A stretch of 15,627 bases of DNA from Chthoniobacteraceae bacterium. GTDB taxonomy: Bacteria > Verrucomicrobiota > Verrucomicrobiia > Chthoniobacterales > Chthoniobacteraceae. This document shows, piece by piece, positions 5,437-14,400 of the stretch. The stretch lies in assembly GCA_040081625.1 (NCBI GenBank), contig JBEBGD010000123.1, positions 1 through 15,627 of the forward strand. The letters are read 5' to 3'. Below the pieces are notes generated by a model. That model saw only the letters and a program-made list of their open reading frames with translations, ran no database searches and was not told the DNA's origin. Position 1 is the first letter of the stretch; every line of letters starts with the position of its first letter. A program made the position numbers and the translations under genes.

Positions 5437-8400
5437 ATGATCGCCCGAACCGCCGCCGCACTGGAATCCGCTCCTCGAAAAACCTCGCGCAAAAAACGGC
5501 GCGACCACCGCCGTCCGCTGCTAGTCGAAGCACTCGAAGCGCGCATCGCGCCGGCGGCGACGGTGAATCTCGCAGTCAATCTCGCGACCGATCTCGATGC
5601 CGACGGCGTGCCCGATCCGGGCGATCGGCTGCATTACACGGTGACGGTGCAGAACACCGGCCCCGGCAGCCTGAGCGGCATGAGCTTCACCGAGCTGCTC
5701 AACGACCCGAACCTCGCGCTCGTGGCGAACTCGATCAATGTCTCGCCGCTGGCGATCGACGATGCATTCACCGGCGTGCGCAACACGCTGCTGCGCGTCG
5801 GCGGCACGGCGGGCTCGGGGCCGGAGGTGTTTGTGCCGGGCGTGAATGTCGTCTCGAATGACTTCGAGTTTCTCGGGGACAGCTTCACGCTCATGCCGAT
5901 CGTCAATGGTCTCAGCGCCGGCGGCGGCACGGTGAATCTCGCGTCGGACGGCACCTTTACCTACCTGCCCGCGGCGGGCTTTGCCGGGGCGAGCGACACG
6001 TTCACTTACACGCTCACGGACGACGGCATCGACGGCACTCCCGGCAACGCCGACGACCTGACCGGCACGGGCACGGTGACGATCAACTTCGGCGCGCAGG
6101 AGGTGTGGTATGTGGACAGCGCGTTTGCCGGGACGAGCGACGGGCGCTCGACGAATCCGTTCAAGACGCTCGGCGATGTGAGCGGCGCGACGGGGCCGGA
6201 CGGCGTCGGCGACATCATCTATGTGAACAGCGGCAGCTACACGGGCGGCATCACGCTGCTGGGCACGCAGACTCTGCACGGCGAGAACACGGCGCTGGTG
6301 GTCGGCGGAATCAATGTCGCGGCCGCGGGTGCGGCGCCGACGCTCGCGCCGGGCGCGGGTGCGGCGGTGACGCTCGCGAGCAACAACACGCTGACCGGTT
6401 TCACGATCGGCAACTCGCAGCGCGACATCCTCGGCTTGAACTTCGGCACGCTGACGGTGAGCAACGTGACGCTCAACGGCACGGGCAAGACGCTCGACCT
6501 GGAGAATGGCAGCTTCACGGCGGGCTCGGTTTTCAACAGCGTCGCCTCGACCGGCACCTCGGGGCTGACGACGAACGGGCACGGGATGCGGATCGTGAGT
6601 GTGGGCGGCTCGGTGAACCTCGGCAGCACATCGATCTCCGGCACGGAGGCGCAGGCCGTGTTCGTCAACAACTCGACGCTGGACATCAACTTCGGCAACA
6701 CGACGATCGGCACGGGGACGGCGGGCAGCGGCGGCACGGAGGGCTTCCGGATCGAGGCGAATCCGTCGGGCACTTACACCATCGGCACGCTCTCGATCCA
6801 GAACACGCCGGGGCGCGGCTTCCAGCTCTTCGGAAATGGCGCGCCGGGCGCGGCCGCGGCGAATGCGACGATCATGGGCGCGGCGACGATCAGCGGCACG
6901 GGCAGCGATGCGGTGCTGGTGCAGAACACGGCGGGCAACGCGAGCTTCCAGTCGCTCTCGATCAACGCGAGCGGCGCACGCGGCATCGCGCTCTTCAACG
7001 CTACCGGCAGCTTCACGACGACGGGCGGGACGATTACGAGTGTGACCGGCACGGACGTGGACATCACCGGCACGACGAATACCGGCACGGTGACGATTGC
7101 CGGGTCGATCACGAACACCGTTGGCGGGTTCATAAACATCGACAATCACGAGACGGGGAACGTGACCTTTTCCGGGAACCTGAGCACGACGACGAGCGGC
7201 ATCAGCGTGGCGAACAGCAACAGCGGGACGATCACGTTCAGCGGCGGGACGAAGACGCTGAGCACAGGGGCGGCGACCGCGGTGAACCTGACGGGCAACG
7301 GCGGCGGGACGATCAATTTCACCGGTGGCGGGCTGGCGATCACGACGACGAGCGGCGCGGGTTTCAGCGCGACGGGCGGCGGGACGATCACCGTGCAGGG
7401 CACGGCCAATACGATCGCCTCGACGACTGGCACGGCGCTCAACGTGGCGAGCACGACGATCGGCGCGGGCGGGCTGACCTTCCGAAGCATCGCGTCGAAC
7501 GGCGCGGCGAGCGGCATCGTCCTCAACGCGACGGGCGCGGGCGGCTTCACCATCAGTGGCGACGGCGGCGGCACGAACAACGGCTCGGGCGGGACGATCC
7601 AGAACTCGACCGGCGTGGGCATTTCGCTGACCTCGACGGGGCCGGTCAGCCTCGGCTACGTCAATGTCGCGAACAGCGGCACGGATGGAATTCGCGGAAG
7701 CGGCATCAACGGATTCACGCTCAACCGCAGCAACGTGACCGACACAGCAAACGGCGGCGGCGACGATGAAGGAGTGGAACTCGTCAACACGAGCGGCGCC
7801 GTGGCATTCACCAACAGCTCGATCACCGGCGCCACACACAACGGCATCGAGCTCGACAATTTCAACACGAACATGGCGTCGTTCACCATGACGGGCACGA
7901 CGATCGACGGATCGGCGGCCACCGCGCTCGGAAATGACGGCATTCTCCTGGTGATGCGCGGCAACTCGGTGCTGCCGAGCGGAGTGATCTCGGGCTCCAC
8001 CTTCAACGGCATGAGGTCGGTCGCGGTGCAGATTCAGGCGAACGATTCCGGCCGAATCGGGGTGAACAACGGCGCCGCCACCGTCACGACGCTCGATGCG
8101 ACCAACAGTTTTGTCGTCCAGACCAACAACTTCACCGGCAACGGCCTGGGGGTGGACATCGGTTCGTCGCAGGTTTCGAATGTGACCTTCCAGGTCCTGA
8201 ACAACACGTTCGTCGCGAAGCTCACCGCGCCCGGCGCGATCCCCAACCAGGCCAGCAGCCATGCGATCAATGCCTTCACCGCCGCGGGAGCGGACACCGG
8301 CCCGGCGGTTCACTCCTTCGTAGGCAAGATCCAGGGCAACGTCATCGGCACGCAGGGCGTGAAGGACTCGGGCTCCGGGATCGGGAGCGGCATTCGCGCG

Positions 8401-11400
8401 GTCGTGCAGGGACAGAGCACGCAGGGCATCATCACGATCGACACTAACACGATCCGCGAAGTGCCGAACGCGAACATCATCAGCATTTTTGGTCAAAACG
8501 GCAACGCGACCATCAGCACCGCGAGCGCTTTTGCCCGGTTCAAAATCACGAACAACGTGATGCCGGCGATCTCCGGCTCGAATCTCAGTCTCGGCGGACC
8601 TGCGAACCAGCCCATCGCCGAGAATGGCATCTTCGTGCTCGCGGACGAAGGCTTCCCGGTATCGGCAGTCATCACGGGGAACAACATCTACGACGTGACC
8701 ACGGCGAACGGGATTTCCGACATCTATCTCGCCGTGCGCACCGGCCCGCCCGCGGGCGCGCAGCTCAGAATCGAAGGCACCGGCACCGTCTCCGCCTTCA
8801 CACTCGCGAACAACACGCTGGCGGGGCCGGTGAAATTCATCGACGAGTCGAACAACTCGACGCTCGTCGCTCCCGGCAGCCAGGGGAGCTATCCGTTGTT
8901 CTTCGCGCCATCCGCCGGCGAACCTGTGACGCCGCCCGCGCCGGGCATCGAGGCGGCGCGCGCGAGCGAGCCAGTGGTCGTCGTGCCGCCGCCACCGGCG
9001 GTCGATGGCACCCGTCCGGTCGAGCAGCAGCCCGCCGTGCAAACGCCGGTGATCGTCGATGACGGCATCCTTTCGCAAGCCGAGCTCGATTCGCTCGTCG
9101 ATGCGGCGATCACGCGATGGGAAGCGACCGGGCTCACGCCGGAGCAGAGCGCGCTGCTGCACAGCATCTCGTTTTCGATCGCGGATCTTCCGGGGTGGTA
9201 TCTCGGCGAGTCGGGCGGCGGGAGCTTCACGCTCGATCGCGACGCGGCGGGCAATGGGTGGTTCGTGGACTCTACGCCGCTCGACGATGCGGAGTTTGCC
9301 AACGGGCGCGCGACGATCAATGGCGGTGCGGCGGGGCGCGTGGATGCGCTCACGACGGTGCTGCATGAACTCGGCCACGTGCTCGGGCTGGGCGACCGCT
9401 ATGCGGGCGGCGACGCGGGCGACTTGATGTATGGCTTCCTCTCGCTCGGCGACCGGCGGCTCCCGGTGGCGGGCCAGGCCGACGGCGCGGTGCCGCACGC
9501 GGGCGGCGGGCTCGATTTCCTCTTTGGTTCGATGAGCCTCGGCTCGGCGGTGATGCCGGCGGGGAAGGGGATCACGATCGTCTATGACGCGACGATTAAC
9601 GCCGCGCTGAGCAACGGGCTCGCGCCGACGGTGGCCTCGCAGGTGCAACTGGCTTTCACGGACGGCACGCCGCAGACGGCGAACAGCAACACGCAGACGA
9701 CGACGCTCGATTCGCTGACGCTGGGCGATCTCGTCTTCCGCGATAACAACAGGAACGGCGTCTTCGACGCGGGCGACGCGGGCGTGAACGGCGTGACGCT
9801 GAGCCTCTTCGTGGACGCGGACAACAATAATGTGGCCGACACGCCGGGCACGCCGCTGCTGACGACGACGACGGCGGGCGGCGGGCTCTACTCGTTCGCG
9901 GGATTGCTGCCGGGGAATTATCTCGTGCGTGTGGATCAATCGAACTTCAACACGGGCGGCGTGCTGGAAATGCTGCCGCTGGCGACGGCGTTCGCGGGCG
10001 ATCCGGACATCGGCGACCCCGACGTGGACAACGACAACAACGGCCAGCTTTCGCCGGGCAACGGCGCGGTGAGCCGGTCCATGACGCTCGTTTACAACAC
10101 CGAGCCGACCGCCGGCACGGGCAACGACACGAACAACACGCTTGACTTCGGCTTCAAGACAGCGAACTCGGTCGGTGATCGGGTGTGGGCCGACATCAAC
10201 AACGACGGCGTGCAGGACGCGGGCGAAGCCGGGCTTAATGGGGTAAGTGTCGAACTGCTCAATAGCGGAAATAGCGTGATCGCCACGACCGTGACGGCCG
10301 GCGATGGGAACTACACCTTCGGCGGCCTCGACGACGGCAGCTTCTCCGTGCGCATCGTAAGCGCGACGCTGCCAGCGACCGCGACGCCGACCTACGATCT
10401 CGACGGCATCGGCACGGCGAACATCGCGACATTCATGATCACCGGCGGGGTGAACAATACCAACGTGGACTTCGGCTACCGCGGCGCGGCCAGCGTCGGG
10501 GATCGCCTGTGGGCTGACCGCGACGGCGACGGCGTGCAGGGCGTCGGAGAAGCGGGCTTCAACGGAGTGACGGTGGAACTGCTCAACAGCGGCGGGACCG
10601 TGATCGCGACCGCGACGACGGCTGGCGATGGCAATTTCACGTTCGGGAATCTCTTCGGTGGGAGCTACAGCGCGCGCGTGGTGAGCGCGACGCTGCCCGC
10701 CGGTGTGACGCCCACCTACGATCTCGACGGCATCGCTACGGCACACATCGCGGCCTTCACCCTGACCGCCGGGCAGATGCGGACCGATGTCGATTTCGGC
10801 TACCGTGGGACCGCGTCCGTGGGCGACCGGCTGTGGCAGGATTCCGACGGCAACGGGGTGCAGGATGGCGGCGAGCCGGGCTACAATGGCGTCACGATCG
10901 AACTGCTCAGCGGGGTCACCGTCATCGACAGCGTCGCGACGAGCGGCGACGGGAATTACACCTTCGCGAATCTGCTCGGCGGCTCCTACAGCGTGCGCGT
11001 GGTCAGTGCGACGCTCCCCGTGGGCGTCGCCCCCACCTACGATCTCGACGGCATTGGCACGGCGCACGTCGCCGCGTTCACGCTCACCGGCGGGCAGAAC
11101 CGCGCGGATGTCGATTTCGGCTACCGGGCGGTCACCGACCTGGCGATCACGAAGACGGATGGAGTGACCAGCGCGGTCGCGGGAGGCAGCGTGACTTACA
11201 CGATCACGGCGAGCAACGCCGGGCCAAACGCGGTCACCGGCGCGACGATCGCGGACACGTTCGACTTTGCGAAGCTGGGCAACGTGTCGTGGACGGCGGT
11301 CGCGGCGGGTGGGGCGACGGGCTTCACCGCGAGCGCGCCCACGGGCACGACGAACATCAACGATACGGTGACGATGCCGGTCGGCAGTTCGATCACCTAC

Positions 11401-14400
11401 ACGGTCGTCGGCAACATCCGGTCGAACGCGACGGGCAGCCTCGTGAACACGGCGACGGTGACGGCGCCGGCATCGGTGACCGATACGAACACCGCGAACA
11501 ACAGCGCGACCGATACGGACTCGCTGACCAGGAGCGCGGACCTGCAGATCACGAAGACGGACGGGAAGACCTCGTCGGCGCCTGGGGTGAGCAACACTTA
11601 CACGATCGTGGTGACGAATGCGGGGCCGAGTGATGTCGCGACCGCGCTCATCCAGGACACGTTCCCGGCGAACTTCACGGTGAGTTCGTGGACGGCTGTG
11701 GGCGCGGGCGGCGCGACCGTGGGCACGACGATGGGAATGGGGAACATCAACGACAGCGAGACGGTGTTTCCGTCGGGAGGATCGGTTACTTACACGGTCA
11801 ACGGCACGATCAACGCGGGCGCGACGGGCACGCTGAGCAACACGGCGACGGTGACGGCGCCGGGCGGCGTGACGGAGATCAACAGCGCAAACAACTCGGC
11901 GACTGACACGACGCAGATCATCACCGACGACCTGAGCGTCACGAAGACCGACGGCAGCGCGACGGCGGTGCCGGGCACGACGGTGACTTACACGGTCGTC
12001 GTCGCGAATGGCGCGCTGAGCACGCAGGCGGCGAACGGGGCGACGGTGGCCGATACTTTCGACGCGTCGAAGCTCTCGAACGTGATGCTCACGAGCATCG
12101 TGCCGACGAATGGCGCGAGTTCGCCGCACGCGACGGGCGCGGTGAGCGGGCCGTTCAGCGACATGGTGAATCTGCCGATCAACAGCACGATCACTTACAC
12201 CTTCACCGCGACGGTGCTCGCGTCGGCGACGGGCTCGCTGGCGAACACGGCGACGATCACGGCGCCGGGCGGATTCAACGAGTCGGACACGAGCAACAAC
12301 AGCGCCACGGACACGAACACGCTGACGCCGCAGGGCGACCTCGCGATCACGAAGACCGACGGGGTGACGACGGCGGTGCCCGGGGGATTCGTGACTTACA
12401 CGATCACCGCTTCCAACTCCGGCCCGAGCAACGTGGTCGGCGCGACGGTTAGCGATTTGTTCCCCGCGGCGCTGACGGGCGTGACTTGGACGTCGGCGGG
12501 TGCGGGTGGTGGAATGGGCACGGCGAGCGGGAGCGGAGACATCAACGACACGGTGACCCTGCCGGTGGGTGGTTCGGTGACCTACACGGTGATGGCGCCG
12601 ATCAGCGCGAGCGCGAGCGGGTCGCTGTCGAACACGGCGACGATCACGGCGCCCGGCGGCTTCACCGATCTCAACGGCGCGAACGATAGCGCGACGGACA
12701 CCGACACGCTCACACCGCAGGCCGATCTCGCGATTACGAAGACCGATGGCGTGACGACGGCGGTGCCGGGTGGATCGGTGACTTACACGATCACCGTTTC
12801 CAATTCCGGCCTGAGCGACGTGATCGGCGCGACGGTCAGCGACACCTTCCCCGCGGCGTTGACGGCCACGTGGACGTCGGTGGGCGCGGGTGGCGGGACC
12901 GGGACCGCGGCGGGTGCTGGCAATATCAACGACACGGTGAACCTGCCGGTCGGCGGCTCGGTGACCTACACGGTGAATGCGCTCATTGCCCCGAGCGCGA
13001 CCGGGACACTCTCGAACACGGCGACCATCACGGCGCCCGGCGGTGTGACCGATGCGAATCCGGGCAACAACAGCGCGACGGACACCGACACGCTCACGCC
13101 GCAAGCCGATCTCGCGATTACCAAGACCGACGGCGTGACGACGGCGGTGCCGGGTGGATCGGTGACTTACACGATCGTCGTTTCCAATTCCGGCCTGAGC
13201 GACGTGATCGGGGCGACGGTCGCGGACATCTTCCCTGCAGCGCTGACGAGCGTGACGTGGATGTCGGCCGGCGCGGGCGGCGGCAGCGGCACCTTGAGCG
13301 GCAGCGGGGACATCAACGACACGGTGAACCTGCCAGCCGGCGGCTCGGTGACCTACACGGTGATGGCGAGCATCGATCCGAGCGCGACCGGGACGCTCTC
13401 GAACACGGCGACCATCACGGCGCCCGGCGGTGTGACCGATCCGAATTCCGCCAACAACAGCGCGACGGACACCGACACGCTCACGGCGCAAGCCGATCTT
13501 GCGATCACCAAGACCGACGGGGTGACGACGGCGTTCGTCGGCGGCTCGGTGACTTACACGATCACCGTTTCCAATTCCGGCCCGAGCAACGTGGTCGGCG
13601 CGCTCATCACCGATGTCTTCCCCTCAGCGCTGACCGGTGTGACGTGGACCTCGGCGGGTGCGGGTGGCGGCAGCGGCACGGCGAGCGGCAACGGGGACAT
13701 CATCGACCCGGTGAACCTGCCTTCCGGCGGTTCCGTGACCTATACCGTGTCGGGGTCCATCAACCCGAGCGCGACCGGAGTGCTCTCGAATTCGGCGACG
13801 ATCAGCGCGCCCGGCGGCGTGACCGACCTGAATCCCGGCAACAACAGCGCGACTGATTCCGACGTGCTGCTGCGGCAGTCGGACCTCTCGATCATCAAGA
13901 ACGATTCGCCGGACCCAGTCGGGCCGGGGGCGCAGCTCACTTACACCATCGTCGTGTCGAACGCGGGGCCGAGTGACAACACCAGCGCGACGATCATGGA
14001 TGTGTTCCCGGCCGGATTCGCCAACGCGATGTGGACGGCTGACTTCTCAAACGGCGGTGCCGGCACGGCGAGCGGCATGGGCGACATCAATGAAGTGGTC
14101 ACCGGCATTCCCGCGGGTGGCAGCGTCACTTACACGGTGACGGGGACGATCACGGCGGCCGCGAACACGACGCTGAGCAACACGGCGACGCTGGTGTCGG
14201 GCGAGGACACCAACAGCGAGAACAACTCGGATACCGCGACGACATTCGTCGGCGGCGTGAACCTCTCGGTGACGAAGAGCGACGGGGTCACGAGTGTGGT
14301 GCCAGGCTCGACGCTCACCTACACGATCAACTACGCGAACAGCGGCTTCCAGGATGCGCCCGGAGTCGTGTTGACGGAGACGCTGCCCGCCGGTGCGACC

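Noticed and set aside
4362..5579. ORFs 4362..4571, 4631..5305, 4740..4985 and 4626..5579, some sharing peptides such as MLQxLRLASLAQ or VEGPV
   Set aside because: The shared peptides are translations of the DNA repeat, and the ORFs overlap the well-supported GIY-YIG and DUF6916 genes.
5521..13491. 2656-aa minus-strand ORF in the track
   Set aside because: Arg/His-rich antisense shadow of the real + strand adhesin, produced by GC-rich codon bias. It has no recognisable domains.
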